A stretch of DNA of 64,000 nucleotides from Mycobacteriales bacterium (GTDB lineage Bacteria > Actinomycetota > Actinomycetes > Mycobacteriales > QHCD01). The notes under the pieces were generated by a model. That model did not search any database, was not told the origin of the DNA, and was given only the letters and a program-made list of their open reading frames with translations. Of the stretch, positions 21,301 to 35,334 are shown in pieces (the stretch's first letter is position 1; every line of letters begins with the position of its first letter). Both the position numbers and the translations under genes were made by a program. The stretch covers positions 11,501 to 75,500 of the forward strand of contig JBEDUI010000239.1 in the NCBI GenBank assembly GCA_040414495.1, given 5' to 3'.

Positions 21301-21953
21301 GATGCTGCCTTCGGCTTCGGGGACTCCCCAGCGGCCGCTGCCTCGTCCCGTGGGCTGGTGCGCCGACCCTGCTGCGCGCGACCCACATCCTCCTGCGCGC
21401 CACCGGGCCGCGATCCGCCCTCGCGCTGCGGGTACTCCGCACCGGCGCTCGCACCAGGATTGGTGGGGCCGCTGGCGTAGTAGTCGGTCTCGTCCTTGCC
21501 CAACCGCATCGGGTGCGGCGGCTGCTCCATACCCGGCAGCAGCGGCGCGAGCAGCTGCTCCTTGGTGTAGATCAGGTCCTTACGGGAGTCCGAGGCCAGC
21601 TCGTACTCGTTGCTCATCGTCAGCGAACGGGTCGGGCAGGCCTCGATGCACAACCCGCAGAAAATGCAGCGGGCGTAATTGATCTGGTAGATGGCGCCGT
21701 ACCGCTCACCGGGCGAGAAACGCTTCTCGGCGGTGTTGTCGCCACCTTCCACGTAGATCGCGTCGGCCGGACAGGCCCAGGCGCACAGTTCGCAGCCGAC
21801 GCATTTCTCCAGGCCGTCCGGATGGCGGTTGAGTACGTGTCGGCCGTGGTAGCGCGGCTTGGTCGCCGTGCCGGCCTCCGGGTATTGGATCGTGGCCTTC
21901 TTCTCGAAGATCGTCGAGAAGGTGAGACCGAAACCCTTAACCGCCTCAAACAC
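21297..21953 (-). CDS. nuoI: NADH-quinone oxidoreductase subunit I (2x[4Fe-4S])
   Basis: [12 protein letters not shown] and [12 protein letters not shown] ferredoxin motifs, followed by a charged C-terminal tail. Confidence 0.95.
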   Translation of the reverse strand: MFEAVKGFGLTFSTIFEKKATIQYPEAGTATKPRYHGRHVLNRHPDGLEKCVGCELCAWACPADAIYVEGGDNTAEKRFSPGERYGAIYQINYARCIFCGLCIEACPTRSLTMSNEYELASDSRKDLIYTKEQLLAPLLPGMEQPPHPMRLGKDETDYYASGPTNPGASAGAEYPQREGGSRPGGAQEDVGRAQQGRRTSPRDEAAAAGESPKPKAAS

Positions 21954-23313
21954 CGGGATTCTCCTCCCCTGGTTGTTCGGTGGAAACGCTCACGGTGCTG
22001 ACCGCAAGTCGGGGCGAGGGCGGAACGACCAGGTCCATCGGTGGCACCGGGTACGGGGTCGGCTCCTTGGCCTCGGCTTCGGCCTGCGCCGCCGCGGTCG
22101 CGTCGAGGTTCTTGGCCCGGCGGTCGTACAGCCAGAAGATCAGCGCCAGCAGGACCAGGACCGGGATGCCGACCAGGGCGACGGTTTCGCCGGCCGGGCG
22201 ACCCGAGGACCGCAGCGCCTGCAGGGCGGCGACCAACAGCAGCCATACCAGGCTGAAGGGCACCAGGACCTTCCAGCCCAACTGCATGAGCTGGTCGTAC
22301 CGCAGCCGGGGCAGCGTGGCCCGCAGCCAAATGAACCCGGACAGCAGCAGCATGACCTTGATCAGGAACCAGATCAGCGGCACCCAACCCGAGTTCGCCC
22401 CGCCCCACAAGGAGATCGGCCACGGCGCCCGCCAACCACCGAGGAACAGCGTGGTGCACAAGGCGGAGACGCCGACCATGTTGATGTACTCAGCGAGGAA
22501 GAACAGCGCGAACTTCATCGACGTGTACTCGGTGTGGTAGCCACCGACCAGCTCGCCCTCACCCTCAGGCAGGTCGAACGGAATGCGGTTCGTCTCGGCC
22601 ACACCCGAGATCACGTAAATCACGAACGAGGGCAGCAGCGCGATGCAATACCAGACGTGATGCTCCTGCGCGGCCACGATCCCGGACGGGGAGAGCGTGC
22701 CGGCCAGGATGAACACCGCACCCAGCGACAGGCCCATCGAGACCTCGTACGAGATCATCTGCGCCGCCGCCCGCAGACCACCCAGCAGCGGGTAGGTCGA
22801 GCCGGACGCCCAACCGGCCAGCACAATGCCGTACACACCGAGCGAGGAGCAGGCCAACACCAGCAGCGTGGCGACCCCGAAGTCGGTCAACTGCAACGGC
22901 GTGTGATGCCCACCGATCGACACGATCGGACCGAGCGGGGTCACCGAGAAGGCGACGAACGCCGGCACCGCCGAGAGCACCGGGGCGATGAAGTACACCG
23001 GCTTGTCGACGATCGCCGGAATGATCTCTTCCTTGAACGCCAGCTTCAGGCCGTCCATCAGGCTCTGCAGCAGGCCGAACGGACCGATCCGGTTCGGACC
23101 GATCCGGTACTGCATGAAGCTGATCAGCCGCCGCTCCCACCAGATCATCAGGAGCGTCATGACCACCAGGAACGCGAACATCCCGACGATCTTCACGATG
23201 ATCAGCCAGATCGTCTCCGAGCCGAACGGGAAGTTCGCCGCGTCCGACGCGGCCGAGGCCACGTAGTGGGCGGAGGAGAGCGAGCTGGGGAGCGCAGCCG
23301 ACTCGATCGGCAT
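21946..23313 (-). CDS. nuoH: NADH-quinone oxidoreductase subunit H
   Basis: Polytopic. [16 protein letters not shown] and [18 protein letters not shown] motifs. The ATG at 23313 shares one nt with the nuoG stop. Confidence 0.93.
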   Translation of the reverse strand: MPIESAALPSSLSSAHYVASAASDAANFPFGSETIWLIIVKIVGMFAFLVVMTLLMIWWERRLISFMQYRIGPNRIGPFGLLQSLMDGLKLAFKEEIIPAIVDKPVYFIAPVLSAVPAFVAFSVTPLGPIVSIGGHHTPLQLTDFGVATLLVLACSSLGVYGIVLAGWASGSTYPLLGGLRAAAQMISYEVSMGLSLGAVFILAGTLSPSGIVAAQEHHVWYCIALLPSFVIYVISGVAETNRIPFDLPEGEGELVGGYHTEYTSMKFALFFLAEYINMVGVSALCTTLFLGGWRAPWPISLWGGANSGWVPLIWFLIKVMLLLSGFIWLRATLPRLRYDQLMQLGWKVLVPFSLVWLLLVAALQALRSSGRPAGETVALVGIPVLVLLALIFWLYDRRAKNLDATAAAQAEAEAKEPTPYPVPPMDLVVPPSPRLAVSTVSVSTEQPGEENPGV

Positions 23314-25736
23314 CACAGCGTCCCTCCGGTTGCACTGATACTGACTACGGCCCCAGCGTCGACACCGAGCGTGGCGCGCACGCTCGAGCCGGCGGAGTTG
23401 GTGGGCAGCCACACGACCCGGTCTGGCAGTTCACCGAGGATCAGCGGCAGCGTGATACTGCCACGCTCGGTCGAGACCGTGACATCGTGCCCCTCGGCCG
23501 CGCCAATCTCGGCCGCCGTGGCCGGCGCCAGGATGATCCGCGGCAGCCGGGCGGTACCGGCCAGATGCTTCTCGCCGGCCTGCAGACTTCCGTTGTCGAG
23601 CAGGTGGTGCCAGGTGGCCAGTACGGCCTGGCCCGGCTCCGGCATCGGGATCGCGGCGGCGGGGTACGAGAACGCCGGCGCCATCCGCGGAGCCAGCTGT
23701 ACGTGCTCGGCCTCGGCCCGGATCGCCGCCACCGTCGGCAGCCCCAGCTTCACATCGAGCTCGGCCGCGATCGCTTCGAGCACCCGGGCGTCGCTACCCA
23801 GACCGGAGACGCCGATCGCCTCGCCGAACGGGCGGAACCGGCCTTCCCAGTTGAAGTAGCTGCCTTCCTTGTTCAGCGTCGGCGCAACCGGGAAGACCAC
23901 GTCGGCGTGCTCGGTGACCGAGGAGCGTCGCAGCTCCAGGCTGACCACGAAGGCCCGGTCCAGGGCCTCGCCGGCCAGGACCGGGTCGGGCAGGTCGTTC
24001 GCGTCCACGCCGCCGACCAGCAGCGCGTCCAGCTCGCCGTCCCGAGCCGCGGTCAGGATGCCGGTCAGATCGCGGCCGGGAGTGGCCGGAATGCTTGTGT
24101 CCCAGGTGTTTTCCAGGCGGCCGCGGGCCTCGTCGTCGGCGACCATGCCGCCGCCGGGCAGCAGGTTCGGCAGCGCGCCGGCCTCGACCGCACCGCGTTC
24201 GCCGGCCCGGCGCGGAATCCACGCGACCCGGGCGCCGGTGGCCGTGGCCAGTCGGGCGACCTGGGTCAGCCCGCCGGGAACCGTGGCCAGCCGCTCGCCG
24301 ACCAGGATCACCGAACCCTCGGCCTGCAGCGCATTCGCCGCCGTCGAGACCTCGTGCGCCCGGTCGGCCAGTGCCGCCAGCACCTCCGGCTCGACGCCGG
24401 GCGCGCTGGCCAGCAACGTTCCGCCGGCCTTGGTCAGACCCTTGGTGGCGAACGGCGCGATGGCGAAGATGCGCGACCCGTGCTTACGCCAGGCCTTGCG
24501 CAGCCGCAGGAACAGGACCGGGGCCTCTTCCTCCGGCTCCAGACCGACCAGCAGTGTGGCCGGGGCGTGCTCGACGTCGGTCATGGTGACCGCGCCGGTC
24601 TCGGGCACCCGGCCGGCGACGTAACCGGCCAGGAAGTCCAGCTCCTCGGCCGAATGCGGCCGGGCCCGGAAGTCGATGTCGTTGGTGCCGAGCGCGACCC
24701 GCGCGAACTTGCTGTAGGCGTACGCGTCCTCGAAGGTCAGCCGACCGCCGGGCAGTACGCCAACACCGCGTGCCCGACTCAGGCCTTCGGTGACCCGATC
24801 CAACGCCTCGGTCCAAGACGCCTGCACCAGCTTGCCGTCGGCATTACGGACCAGCGGGGTGGTGATGCGGTCGGTCTCGGTGACGTAGGTGAACGCCCAC
24901 CGACCCTTGTCGCAGTTCCACTCCTCGTTGACCTCGGGGTCCTCACCGGACAGCCGGCGCAACACCTTGCCCCGCCGCCAGTCGGTCCGCTGGGCGCAGC
25001 CGATCGCGCAGTGCTCGCAGACGCTCGGTGTGGAGACCAGGTCGAACGGCCGGGACCGGAACCGGTACGAGGCGCCGGTCAGCGCGCCGACCGGGCAGAT
25101 CTGCACCACGTTGCCGGAGAAGTAGGACTCGTACGGCTGGTCCTCGTAGATCGCGACCTGCTCCAGGGCGCCCCGCTCGAACAACTCGATGAACGGGTCG
25201 CCGGAGATCTGGGCCGAGAACCGGGTGCACCGGGCGCACAGCACGCAGCGCTCGCGGTCCAGCAGCACCTGGGAGGAAATGCCGATCGGCTTGGGGTAGG
25301 TCCGCTTCTTGTCGTGGAACCGGCTCTCCGCGCCACCGTTGCTCATCGCCTGGTTCTGCAGCGGGCACTCGCCGCCCTTGTCGCAGATCGGGCAGTCCAG
25401 CGGGTGGTTGATCAGCAGCAGCTCCATGATGCCGCGCTGCGCCTTCTCCGCCGTGGCCGACGAGAGCTGCGTCTTGACCACCATGCCGGGCATCACGGTC
25501 GTGGTGCAGGAGGCCGCCGGCTTGGGCATCCCGCGCCCGTTGCCCATGTCGGTCACCTCGACCAGACACTGCCGGCAGGCGCCGATCGGGTCCAGCAACG
25601 GGTGGTCACAGAACCGCGGCACCTGCAGGCCAAGCTGCTCGGCGGCCCGGATGATCAGGGTGCCCTTGGGCACCGAGATCTCGAAGCCATCGATCGTCAG
25701 CGTGACCAGATCGGTCTTCTCTGGCGCGACCGTCAT
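23313..25736 (-). CDS. nuoG: NADH-quinone oxidoreductase subunit G
   Basis: N-terminal 2Fe-2S (CRQCLVEV), [17 protein letters not shown], molybdopterin-like domain; 807 aa. Confidence 0.95.
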   Translation of the reverse strand: MTVAPEKTDLVTLTIDGFEISVPKGTLIIRAAEQLGLQVPRFCDHPLLDPIGACRQCLVEVTDMGNGRGMPKPAASCTTTVMPGMVVKTQLSSATAEKAQRGIMELLLINHPLDCPICDKGGECPLQNQAMSNGGAESRFHDKKRTYPKPIGISSQVLLDRERCVLCARCTRFSAQISGDPFIELFERGALEQVAIYEDQPYESYFSGNVVQICPVGALTGASYRFRSRPFDLVSTPSVCEHCAIGCAQRTDWRRGKVLRRLSGEDPEVNEEWNCDKGRWAFTYVTETDRITTPLVRNADGKLVQASWTEALDRVTEGLSRARGVGVLPGGRLTFEDAYAYSKFARVALGTNDIDFRARPHSAEELDFLAGYVAGRVPETGAVTMTDVEHAPATLLVGLEPEEEAPVLFLRLRKAWRKHGSRIFAIAPFATKGLTKAGGTLLASAPGVEPEVLAALADRAHEVSTAANALQAEGSVILVGERLATVPGGLTQVARLATATGARVAWIPRRAGERGAVEAGALPNLLPGGGMVADDEARGRLENTWDTSIPATPGRDLTGILTAARDGELDALLVGGVDANDLPDPVLAGEALDRAFVVSLELRRSSVTEHADVVFPVAPTLNKEGSYFNWEGRFRPFGEAIGVSGLGSDARVLEAIAAELDVKLGLPTVAAIRAEAEHVQLAPRMAPAFSYPAAAIPMPEPGQAVLATWHHLLDNGSLQAGEKHLAGTARLPRIILAPATAAEIGAAEGHDVTVSTERGSITLPLILGELPDRVVWLPTNSAGSSVRATLGVDAGAVVSISATGGTL

Positions 25737-27026
<1,290 letters not shown>

Positions 27027-27027
27027 C

Positions 27028-27729
27028 TCAGCTGTCTTTCTTCTCTTGGGTGGGGATCGGCGATTCCGGGTCGTACGACGGTGCGGTTTCGCCGCGGTCG
27101 GCCGCCAGCCGGACACCGGCCAGGGTGGGAATGCCAGTCGAGGGCGAAGCGACCGCGTCCTTGGTCCGCTCGTCCTCGGGGTCGAAGAATCCGGCCAGCT
27201 GCCGCTCGATCTGCTTGAACGTGCACAGTGGAGCGCCGCGGGTGGGCAACGGATCCTTGCCGGCCCGCAGGTCCAACACCAACTGGTGCGCGGACTCGGG
27301 GGTCTGCTGGTCGAAGAACTCGTAGTTGACCGTCACCACCGGCGCGTAATCGCAGGCGGCCAGGCATTCGGCGTGCTCCAGCGTCACCTTGCCGTCGTCG
27401 GTCGTCTCATCGTGTCCGACGCCCAGGTGCTCTTTCAGCGTGGCGAAGATTTCGTCGCCGCCGAGCAGACCGCACAGCGTGTTCGTGCAGACGCTGACCA
27501 GGTAGTCACCGGTGGGGTGGCGCTTGTACATCGTGTAGAACGTGGCGACCGCGGCCACCTCGGCCTTGGTCAGCCCGAGCTCCTCGGCGCACAACTCGAT
27601 GCCCTCGGGGGTGACGTACCCCTCCTCGGACTGGACCAGGTGCAGCATCGGTAGCAACGCTGAGCGCTTCTGCGGATAGCGCGCGATGATCTCCCGGGCA
27701 TCGATCCGGGTCTGCTCGCTCAGCGCCAT
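27028..27729 (-). CDS. nuoE: NADH-quinone oxidoreductase subunit E
   Basis: 2Fe-2S ligands VCTNTLCG ... CLAACDYAP. The ATG at 27729 is preceded by aggagg. Confidence 0.93.
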   Translation of the reverse strand: MALSEQTRIDAREIIARYPQKRSALLPMLHLVQSEEGYVTPEGIELCAEELGLTKAEVAAVATFYTMYKRHPTGDYLVSVCTNTLCGLLGGDEIFATLKEHLGVGHDETTDDGKVTLEHAECLAACDYAPVVTVNYEFFDQQTPESAHQLVLDLRAGKDPLPTRGAPLCTFKQIERQLAGFFDPEDERTKDAVASPSTGIPTLAGVRLAADRGETAPSYDPESPIPTQEKKDS

Positions 27730-27775
27730 GTGTCCACTCCTCCTGCGGTCCGGCCGGGCCGGCCCGACATGCCTT

Positions 27776-29110
27776 TCATCTGTCGCATCCACCCATCACC
27801 GGGTCCAACGAGGCGATCGACACGATGGCATCGCCGACCATGCCGCCCTCGACCAGCGCACCGATCGACTGCAGGCCGATAAATGATGGCTCCCGTACGT
27901 GCACCCGGTACGGCCTGGTGCCGCCATCGGAGACCAGGTGGCAGCCGATCTCGCCGCGGGGCGACTCGATCGCGTGGTACACCTGCCCCGGCGGGACCCG
28001 GAAGCCCTCGGTCACCAGCTTGAAGTGGTGGATCAGCGCTTCCATCGACTGACCCATGATGTGCCGGACGTGGTCGAGCGAGTTGCCCAGGCCGTCGGCG
28101 CCAAGCGCCAACTGCGCCGGCCAGGCGATCTTCTTGTCCTCGACCATCACCGGTCCGGGCTCGAGCCGGTCCAGCGCCTGCTCGATGATGTTGCAGGACT
28201 GGCGCATCTCTTCCATGCGGACGAGGTACCGCGCCCAGCAGTCGCCGTCGGTGTGGGTGATGACGTCGAACTCGTAATTCTCGTAGCCGCAGTACGGCAT
28301 CGTCTTGCGCAGGTCCCACGGCAGACCCGTGGCCCGCAGCATCGGCCCGGAGAGGCCAAGCGCCAGCGCGCCCGGGGTGTCGATGTAGCCGACCTGCTTG
28401 AGCCGCTTGTAGAACACCGGCTGGCCGGTGAGCAGGCCCTCGTACCAGTCAACCCGCTTACGCAGATACGGAATCAGGTCGCGGATCTGCTGCGCGCCGC
28501 CGGGCGGCAGGTCGTTGGCGACACCGCCGGGGCGGATGTACGCGGTGTTCATCCGCAGGCCCGAGGCCAGCTCGAAGATGTCCAGGATCTTCTCGCGGTC
28601 CATGAAGCCGTCGGTCATTGGCGTGGTCGCGCCGAGTTCGTTGCCGCCGGTGCCCAGCCACACCAGGTGGGAGGAGATCCGGTTCAGCTCCATCATGATC
28701 ACGCGCAGCGTGGTGGCGCGGTCGGGCACCTCGACGCCGAGTAGCTTCTCCACGGCCAAGCAGTAGCTGGTCTCGTTGAACATCGGGGCCAGGTAGTCGG
28801 CCCGGGTCAGGAACGTGACGCCCTGGGTCCAGGTCCGGAACTCGCAGTTCTTCTCGATGCCGGTGTGCAGGTAGCCGATGACGCCGCGGGCGTCGGTGAC
28901 GGTCTCGCCCTCGATCTCCAGCACGACCCGCAGCACGCCGTGCGTGGAGGGGTGCTGCGGTCCCATGTTGACGACGAGGCGTTCCTCGTCCAGCGGGTCG
29001 CCGCTGCCCAGGACGTCGTCCCAGTCCCCGCCGGTGACCGTGTAGACGCGGCCTTCGGTCGTTTCCCGTTCGCCGGCGTACGGGTCGGCGCCGATGTTTC
29101 CAGCCGTCAT
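27776..29110 (-). CDS. nuoD: NADH-quinone oxidoreductase subunit D
   Basis: [14 protein letters not shown] motif; 444 aa. Confidence 0.95.
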   Translation of the reverse strand: MTAGNIGADPYAGERETTEGRVYTVTGGDWDDVLGSGDPLDEERLVVNMGPQHPSTHGVLRVVLEIEGETVTDARGVIGYLHTGIEKNCEFRTWTQGVTFLTRADYLAPMFNETSYCLAVEKLLGVEVPDRATTLRVIMMELNRISSHLVWLGTGGNELGATTPMTDGFMDREKILDIFELASGLRMNTAYIRPGGVANDLPPGGAQQIRDLIPYLRKRVDWYEGLLTGQPVFYKRLKQVGYIDTPGALALGLSGPMLRATGLPWDLRKTMPYCGYENYEFDVITHTDGDCWARYLVRMEEMRQSCNIIEQALDRLEPGPVMVEDKKIAWPAQLALGADGLGNSLDHVRHIMGQSMEALIHHFKLVTEGFRVPPGQVYHAIESPRGEIGCHLVSDGGTRPYRVHVREPSFIGLQSIGALVEGGMVGDAIVSIASLDPVMGGCDR

Positions 29111-29835
29111 CTGTAGGCCCTCCGCTCGTCCGGTGGTGCGATGTCGGCGCCCTTGTACTCGACGTGGATGCCGCCGAGTGGGTAGTCCTTGCGCTGCGGG
29201 AATCCCTCCCAGTCATCGGGCATGAGGATCCGGGTCAGCGCCGGGTGGCCGTCGAAGATCACGCCGAACATGTCGTACGTTTCCCGCTCCTGCCAGTCCG
29301 CCGTCGGGTAGATCCCGGTGACGCTCGGCACGTGCGGGTCCTCGGTCGAGGTCGCGACCTCGAGCCGGATGCGCCGCCGATACGTCATCGACAGCAGGTG
29401 GTAGCAGACGTGCAGCCGGGCCGGCTGATCCGGATAGTCCACACCGGACAGACTCGAGCAGAACTCGAACCGCAGCGCCGGGTCGTCCCGCAGGATCTGG
29501 CAGACCTCGGCGACCCGGTCCTTCTTGATATAGAAGGTGATCTCGCCGCGATCGACGACGACCCGCAGAATCGCGTCGTCGAATCGGGGGTACGCCTCGG
29601 CCAGCGCGTCGTGCACTTCGTCGAAATAGCTGCCGTACGGGCGTTCGCTCGAGCCCGGCAGCACCTGCCGCCGGACCAGCCCGCCGTAACCGGAGGTGTC
29701 GCCGGAGCCGCTGACACCAAACATTCCCTTACGGACCCGACCCGGGGTCACCTCACCCGCGGACGGGCCGAATTCCTGAATTTCCCCGGTCGGCTTACGC
29801 GGCTCATTGCCGTTCTGGTTTTCCGGGCCAGTCAT
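29107..29835 (-). CDS. nuoC: NADH-quinone oxidoreductase subunit C
   Basis: 242 aa, [16 protein letters not shown] motif. Confidence 0.95.
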   Translation of the reverse strand: MTGPENQNGNEPRKPTGEIQEFGPSAGEVTPGRVRKGMFGVSGSGDTSGYGGLVRRQVLPGSSERPYGSYFDEVHDALAEAYPRFDDAILRVVVDRGEITFYIKKDRVAEVCQILRDDPALRFEFCSSLSGVDYPDQPARLHVCYHLLSMTYRRRIRLEVATSTEDPHVPSVTGIYPTADWQERETYDMFGVIFDGHPALTRILMPDDWEGFPQRKDYPLGGIHVEYKGADIAPPDERRAYR

Positions 29836-30413
29836 TTCGTCTCCGTGTAGCTCGGCAGGCCCAACGGGTTGCGCTTGGCGTAGGCCTTCGAGGACGGCGT
29901 GACGCCGTACCGCGGCTGGTCGGCGAGTTGCCGGGCGCGGATCGGGCCGAGCGGCTCATGCATGATCTTGTCGTGCAGCTTGAGGATCGCGTCGAGCAGC
30001 ATTTCCGGCCGCGGCGGGCAGCCGGGCAGGTACATGTCGACGGGCACGACGTGGTCGACGCCCTGCACGATCGCGTAGTTGTTGAACATGCCGCCCGAGC
30101 TGGCGCACACGCCCATGGACAGCACCCATTTCGGGTCGGGCATCTGGTCGTAGAGCTGACGCAGCACCGGCGCCATCTTCTGGCTGACCCGGCCGGCCAC
30201 GATCATCAGGTCGGCCTGCCGCGGCGTGGCGGAGAACCGTTCCATGCCCATCCGCGAAATGTCGAACCGCGACGTGCCCACGGCCATCATCTCGATCGCG
30301 CAGCACGCCAGGCCGAACGTCATCGGCCACATCGACGCCTTGCGCGCGTAGTTGACGACCTTCTCGACGGAGGTCAGCAATACCCCGCTCGGAAGCTTGT
30401 CTTCCAGACCCAT
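29832..30413 (-). CDS. nuoB: NADH-quinone oxidoreductase subunit B
   Basis: N2 cluster ligands [29 protein letters not shown]. Confidence 0.95.
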   Translation of the reverse strand: MGLEDKLPSGVLLTSVEKVVNYARKASMWPMTFGLACCAIEMMAVGTSRFDISRMGMERFSATPRQADLMIVAGRVSQKMAPVLRQLYDQMPDPKWVLSMGVCASSGGMFNNYAIVQGVDHVVPVDMYLPGCPPRPEMLLDAILKLHDKIMHEPLGPIRARQLADQPRYGVTPSSKAYAKRNPLGLPSYTETK

Positions 30414-30449
30414 ATCTCTCTCGGCCTCCTATGTGCTTTCCGCCGCTGT

Positions 30450-30815
30450 CTAGTTCCAGTCGAGCCCACCGCGTCGCCACACGTAGGCGTACGCGATGAA
30501 GACCGTTCCCACGAAAAGCACCATCTCGACTATCCCGAAGACCGCCAGCGCCTTGTTGGCCACGGCGTACGGATAGACGAAGACGATTTCAATGTCGAAG
30601 ACGATGAACAGCATCGCGGTGAGATAGAACTTCACCGGGAAGCGCCCGCCGCCGACCGGCTGCGGGCTCGGCTCGATCCCGCACTCGTACGCGTCGAACT
30701 TCGCCCGGTTGTACCGCTTGGGCCCGGTCAGGCCGGCGATCACCACGGAGAAGACGGCGAACCCGGCGGCCAGAATGAAGAGCCCGACGACCGGAATATA
30801 GGGAGTCAACGTCAT
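30450..30815 (-). CDS. nuoA: NADH-quinone oxidoreductase subunit A
   Basis: 121 aa, 3 TM, YECGIEP motif, first gene of the operon. Confidence 0.95.
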   Translation of the reverse strand: MTLTPYIPVVGLFILAAGFAVFSVVIAGLTGPKRYNRAKFDAYECGIEPSPQPVGGGRFPVKFYLTAMLFIVFDIEIVFVYPYAVANKALAVFGIVEMVLFVGTVFIAYAYVWRRGGLDWN

Positions 30816-30979
30816 CCCTTACCGCACCTTCCCTGCTGCATATTCGCTTGCTCGGTTGGGCACTCGCCCGACCGCGACGCGCACAGCCGCCCGCGGTCGA
30901 GTCGTTCGCAGTGCAAACGGACATACCCTAAATCGGACCGACCCGACGTCTTGAGTAAGGCTGCCCTTATTCGTGCCGG

Positions 30980-32401
30980 TCATACCGCTGGCGCCAGGCG
31001 GGTGAGCGCGTTGATGATCCGGTCCATGGCGTCACCTCCCCGTTGGTCGGTCAGGTTGGCCAGCAGCTTCAGCACGAACCGCATCAACGTGGGGTGCGGC
31101 ATGCCGCGCTGGGTGCACACCTTCATCACCTGCGGGTGGCCGATCAGCTTCACGAACAGGCCACCCAGCCGGTAGTAACCGCCGTACGCGTCCCGCAACG
31201 CCTGCGGGTAGGCCGCCAGCGCCCGCTCCCGGGCCGGACCCTCCGGCCGGGTCAGCGCCTCCACGACCACCTCGGCCGCCATCTGGCCGGACTCCATCGC
31301 GTACGCGATGCCCTCGCCGTTGAACGGGTTGACCACGCCACCCGCATCGCCGACCAGCAGCAATCCGTCGCGGTAGTGCGGGGTCCGGTTGAACCCCATC
31401 GGCAGCGCGCCGCCGCGGGTCGGGCCGGTCGCGTTCTCCTCGATGAAGCCCCAGTCGGCCGGCATGCTCTCCAGCCAGCGGGTCAGCATCTCGCGGTAGT
31501 TGCTCTTGCCGAACGCGACCGAGGTGTTCAGCACGCCGAGGCCGACGTTCGAGGTGCCATCGCCCAGGCCGAAGATCCAGCCGTATCCGGGCAGCAGGTC
31601 GGTCTCGCCGGACTTGCCGTCGCGCAGCTCCAGCCAGGACTCGAGGTAGTCGTCGTCGTGCCGCGGGCTCTTGTAGTACCGCCGGACCGCGACGCCCATC
31701 GGCCGGTCCTCGCGCTTGGAGATGCCCAGGGCCAGGCCGAGCCGGCCGGATACGCCGTCGGCCGCGACCACGAGCGGGGCCCGGTAGGTCGCCGGCGTCT
31801 TCTCGACTCCGACCTCGGCCTGCACCCCGACCACGCGGCCGTCCTCGTCCCGCACCGGGGCCGTGATGTTGGTCCGCTCCTGTAGTCGTACGCCGGAGCC
31901 CTCGGCCCGCCGGACGATCAGCTCGTCCAGGTCGGCCCGGCTGCGGGTCAGCCCGTAGTCCGGGTAGCTGGCCAGCTCCGGCCAATCCAGTTCCAGCCGT
32001 TGTCCGCCGCCGAGCACACGCAGGCCCTTGTTACGCAGCCAGCCGGCTTCTTCGGAGGTGTCGATGCCCATCTGGACGAGCGCCTTGACCGAGCGCGGGG
32101 TCAGCCCGTCGCCGCAGACCTTCTCCCGCGGGTAGGCGGTCTTCTCCAGCAGCAGGACGTCGAGGCCGGCCTGGGCCAGGTAGTACGCGGCCGCCGATCC
32201 ACCGGGGCCGCCACCGACGACGATGACGTCGGCATCGTTGTCCGGCCGGCTGCGCCCGCCGGTCGCGACCGGCGAGGCTTTGGGTGTTACGGGCGGGATC
32301 ACGGGCGTATCCATCGATGTCGGTCGGCTGACGTTAATCAGCCGAACTCCGTTGCCAGCTGGGCTCCGAGAAGGCCTCGGAGTGGCTTCGGTGTCGATCA
32401 T
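30980..32401 (-). CDS. Geranylgeranyl reductase family FAD-dependent oxidoreductase (menaquinone reductase-like)
   Basis: DVIVVGGGPGGSAAAYYLA FAD fold, CGDGLTPR, GDAGGVVNPFNGEGI. The ATG at 32401 is preceded by ggagcgg; an alternative ATG lies at 32314. Confidence 0.85.
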   Translation of the reverse strand: MIDTEATPRPSRSPAGNGVRLINVSRPTSMDTPVIPPVTPKASPVATGGRSRPDNDADVIVVGGGPGGSAAAYYLAQAGLDVLLLEKTAYPREKVCGDGLTPRSVKALVQMGIDTSEEAGWLRNKGLRVLGGGQRLELDWPELASYPDYGLTRSRADLDELIVRRAEGSGVRLQERTNITAPVRDEDGRVVGVQAEVGVEKTPATYRAPLVVAADGVSGRLGLALGISKREDRPMGVAVRRYYKSPRHDDDYLESWLELRDGKSGETDLLPGYGWIFGLGDGTSNVGLGVLNTSVAFGKSNYREMLTRWLESMPADWGFIEENATGPTRGGALPMGFNRTPHYRDGLLLVGDAGGVVNPFNGEGIAYAMESGQMAAEVVVEALTRPEGPARERALAAYPQALRDAYGGYYRLGGLFVKLIGHPQVMKVCTQRGMPHPTLMRFVLKLLANLTDQRGGDAMDRIINALTRLAPAV

Positions 32402-32605
32402 CGGCCCCGCTCCGCAGCGCCGCGAAGTTGGTCATTTCCAACGGTCAACACCGCTTGTGAACGGCTTCACTAATGCACTGGTCAGTGTACGACCGCAGCG
32501 CGGTACCTCCACGCCGACCCCGCCCTCCGCCCCGCTGGTACGGCCGGTTTCGGCCGCCCAGGACGTGACCCCCAAGCTCCAGGGCCGGGCGATTCAAGAC
32601 ACACG

Positions 32606-32658
32606 CACAAAACACAATCGGGACGGGACTACCGCACGTGGCGGACATGTCCCGTCCC
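32606..32658 (-). terminator. Intrinsic terminator downstream of the MT0933-like gene
   Basis: Stem gggacgggac (32620-32629) / gtcccgtccc (32649-32658). On the minus strand it is followed by gattgtgttttgtg. Confidence 0.6.
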
Positions 32659-32711
32659 AATCATGGAAGCGGCCGGTTGTAGCCGCGGGTTTCGCGCTGG
32701 TGGGGCGACCG

Positions 32712-33059
32712 TTACTGGCCGGTCCCGGTGTCCTCGTTCTTGGCCGCGTCGGCCGCGTCCGTGGCCTGGCCCTTGTCCGCCTCGGCTGCGGTGTCCTTGG
32801 CCTCGCTGGTCGCCTGCGACGCGGTGTCGGTGGCGCTGGATGCGCCCCCGGTGCTGGCGTCCTGGCCTTCGCCCGCCGCGCCGTCCGCGGTCGCCTTGGT
32901 GATCACCTGGTCGGCCTTCTCACCGGCCTTGGCGATCTTGTCGTGGTACTTGCCCTTGGTCTTGTCGTCGACGAATTCGCCCGCCTTGTCGACCGCGGAA
33001 CGGATCTGTCCCTCGCGCTCCTTGACCAGTCCCTTGAGTTTGTCCACTAGTCCTGGCAT
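32712..33059 (-). CDS. MT0933/Rv0909-like small protein (antitoxin-like family) with Ala/Asp/Thr-rich tail
   Basis: MPGLVDKLKGLVKEREGQIRSAVDKAGEFVDDKTKGKYHDKIAKAGEKAD resembles the MT0933-like family as I recall it. No partner toxin gene is seen. Confidence 0.65.
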   Translation of the reverse strand: MPGLVDKLKGLVKEREGQIRSAVDKAGEFVDDKTKGKYHDKIAKAGEKADQVITKATADGAAGEGQDASTGGASSATDTASQATSEAKDTAAEADKGQATDAADAAKNEDTGTGQ

Positions 33060-33276
33060 CGTCGTTTTCTCCTCATAAGGCCCCGACCGGCGTGCTCCTT
33101 AACCGACCACGGTACGGCCTCAGGCGGCACAATGCGCTTACCGTGCGCATCCGTATTGCGCAATCCATTCGGCCGGACCCGGTCTGTAACACAGCTAACA
33201 CCACTGTGACGCAGGGTCAAACCATAGGTGACAGATCGGGGTTGCGTACCGGTCAGATGGCCCCTCAATTGGCCCC

Positions 33277-33972
33277 TCAGTTGGCGGGGCGTACGGCCCG
33301 ATGCAGCGCGACGATGCCGCCGGTGAGGTTGCGCCAGGCGACCTCGCCCCAGCCGGCAGCGGCGATCCGGGCGGCCAGCCCTTCCTGATCGGGCCAGGCG
33401 CGGATCGACTCGGCCAGGTACGCGTACGCATCCGGCGAACTGCTCACCGTGCGGGCCAGCGGCGGGATCGCCCGCATCAGGTACTCGACGTACACCGTCC
33501 GGAACGGCCCCCACGTCGGCACGCTGAACTCGGCCACCAGCAACCGGCCACCGGGCCGGGTCACCCGACGGAACTCGCGCAACGCCGCCGGCACATCGAC
33601 CACGTTGCGCAGCCCGAACGAGATCGTGACCGCGTCGAAGCTGGCGTCGGCGAACGGCAGCCGCAGCGCGTCGCCGGCGACCAACGGGACCGAGACCCGC
33701 GACGCGCCCTGGACCAACATGCCGACCGAGAAGTCGCAGCCGATGACCGTGGCGCCGGAACCGGCCAGCGCCTCGGTCGAGGTACCGGTGCCAGCGGCGA
33801 CATCGAGGATGCGTTCGCCCGGGATGGCGTGCAGCGAGTCCCGGACGACGCGCCGCCAGCGGTGGTCCTGACCGAGGGACATGAGGGTGTTCATCACGTC
33901 ATAGCGGCGGGCGACACCGTCGAACATGCGCGCCACCGCAGCCGGGTCCTTGGCCAGCGTTGCTCTGCTCAC
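33277..33972 (-). CDS. menG: Demethylmenaquinone methyltransferase
   Basis: [25 protein letters not shown] and ILDVAAGTG are UbiE/MenG signatures. The GTG at 33972 gives 231 aa; the longer ORF-track N-terminus looks non-coding. Confidence 0.88.
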   Translation of the reverse strand: MSRATLAKDPAAVARMFDGVARRYDVMNTLMSLGQDHRWRRVVRDSLHAIPGERILDVAAGTGTSTEALAGSGATVIGCDFSVGMLVQGASRVSVPLVAGDALRLPFADASFDAVTISFGLRNVVDVPAALREFRRVTRPGGRLLVAEFSVPTWGPFRTVYVEYLMRAIPPLARTVSSSPDAYAYLAESIRAWPDQEGLAARIAAAGWGEVAWRNLTGGIVALHRAVRPAN

Positions 33973-34090
33973 AACAGGTGAGTCTGCCACCGCGCCGGAG
34001 GGACCGGTCCGCGGGCGCAATCGGCCGAAATCCGGGCGCATCAGGTGGTCGGCCGCGCGGGCTCCGAAACGCGGTACGTAGGCTGGCGGG

Positions 34091-35326
34091 GTGACGAGTG
34101 CTCCCGACCTGACGGCGATCACCGTACGCAGCGTCCCCTTGGACGCCCCCGGCTCCCTTCCCAGCCGGCTCCCGAACGGCCCGGTCTTCTCCTGGGTCAG
34201 CGAGGGCGACGGGCTGGTCGGATGGGGAGAGCTCACGCGCTACGAATGGACCGGCGACGACGCCGCGGCCGGCGCGGCGGCGTGGTGGCGAGACTGGTGC
34301 CGGACGGTTCGCGTGCACGACCCGGTCGGCCTGCCCGGCTCCGGCCCGGTCGCCTTCGGCAGCCTGGCGTTCGACCAGCGCACCTCGTCCTCGGCCCTGG
34401 TCGTACCGCGGGTGGTGCTCGGCCGGCGCGGCGGACATTCCTGGTTGACCACGTTCGGGGCCGACGCGCAGCTGCCGCCGGTGGGCACGTTCGCCCCAGC
34501 CCGGCAGGTCAGCTACGCCGATGGCGCGCTGGGCCCGGATCAGTGGGGCGCCGCGGTCGCCGAGGCGGTACGCCGGATCCGCGCCGGCGAGCTGCACAAG
34601 GTCGTGCTGGCCCGCGATCTGGTCGCCACGACATCGCCGGCGGTGGACGTACGGTCGCTGCTGGTGTGGCTGGCCGAGCGGTACCCGTCGTGCTGGACGT
34701 ATTGCGTGGACGGTCTGGTCGGGGCAACGCCAGAGCTGCTGGTCCGCCGCCGCGGCAACCGGGTCGATTCCCGGGTGCTGGCCGGCACGTCGTGGCGCGG
34801 CCTGGAGTCGGACGGCGACGAAGCGGCCGAACGGTGGCTCATGGCCTCGAACAAGGACCTGGGCGAGCACGAGTACGCGGCCGCATCGGCCGCCCGGATC
34901 CTGGCGTCATACTGCTCGGAGCTACACGTCCCGGCGCCCACACTGCTGCGGCTGCCGAACGTGTCGCACCTGGCGACCGAGATCGTCGGCACCACCGACG
35001 GCGAGGTCAGCTCGCTGGAATTGGCCGGCGCACTGCATCCGACCGCGGCGGTCTGCGGCACCCCGACCGACACTGCCCGCGACCTCATCCCGAAGCTGGA
35101 GCAGATGGAACGCGGCCGCTACGCCGGGCCGATCGGCTGGGTCGACGCGGCCGGCGATGGCGACTGGGGGTTGGCGTTGCGCGGTGCGCAGGTCGACGGT
35201 GCCCGGGTACGGATGTTCGCCGGCTGCGGCATCGTCGCCGGCTCCGAGCCAGACCGGGAGCTAGCCGAGGCGCAGGCCAAGTTCGTCGTGATGCGCGACG
35301 CCCTGGAGTCCCGCGACTCGGCCTGA
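34091..35326 (+). CDS. menF: Isochorismate synthase
   Basis: Chorismate-binding C-terminal motifs [42 protein letters not shown]. Confidence 0.9.
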   Translation: MTSAPDLTAITVRSVPLDAPGSLPSRLPNGPVFSWVSEGDGLVGWGELTRYEWTGDDAAAGAAAWWRDWCRTVRVHDPVGLPGSGPVAFGSLAFDQRTSSSALVVPRVVLGRRGGHSWLTTFGADAQLPPVGTFAPARQVSYADGALGPDQWGAAVAEAVRRIRAGELHKVVLARDLVATTSPAVDVRSLLVWLAERYPSCWTYCVDGLVGATPELLVRRRGNRVDSRVLAGTSWRGLESDGDEAAERWLMASNKDLGEHEYAAASAARILASYCSELHVPAPTLLRLPNVSHLATEIVGTTDGEVSSLELAGALHPTAAVCGTPTDTARDLIPKLEQMERGRYAGPIGWVDAAGDGDWGLALRGAQVDGARVRMFAGCGIVAGSEPDRELAEAQAKFVVMRDALESRDSA

Positions 35327-35334
35327 GGCCGGCG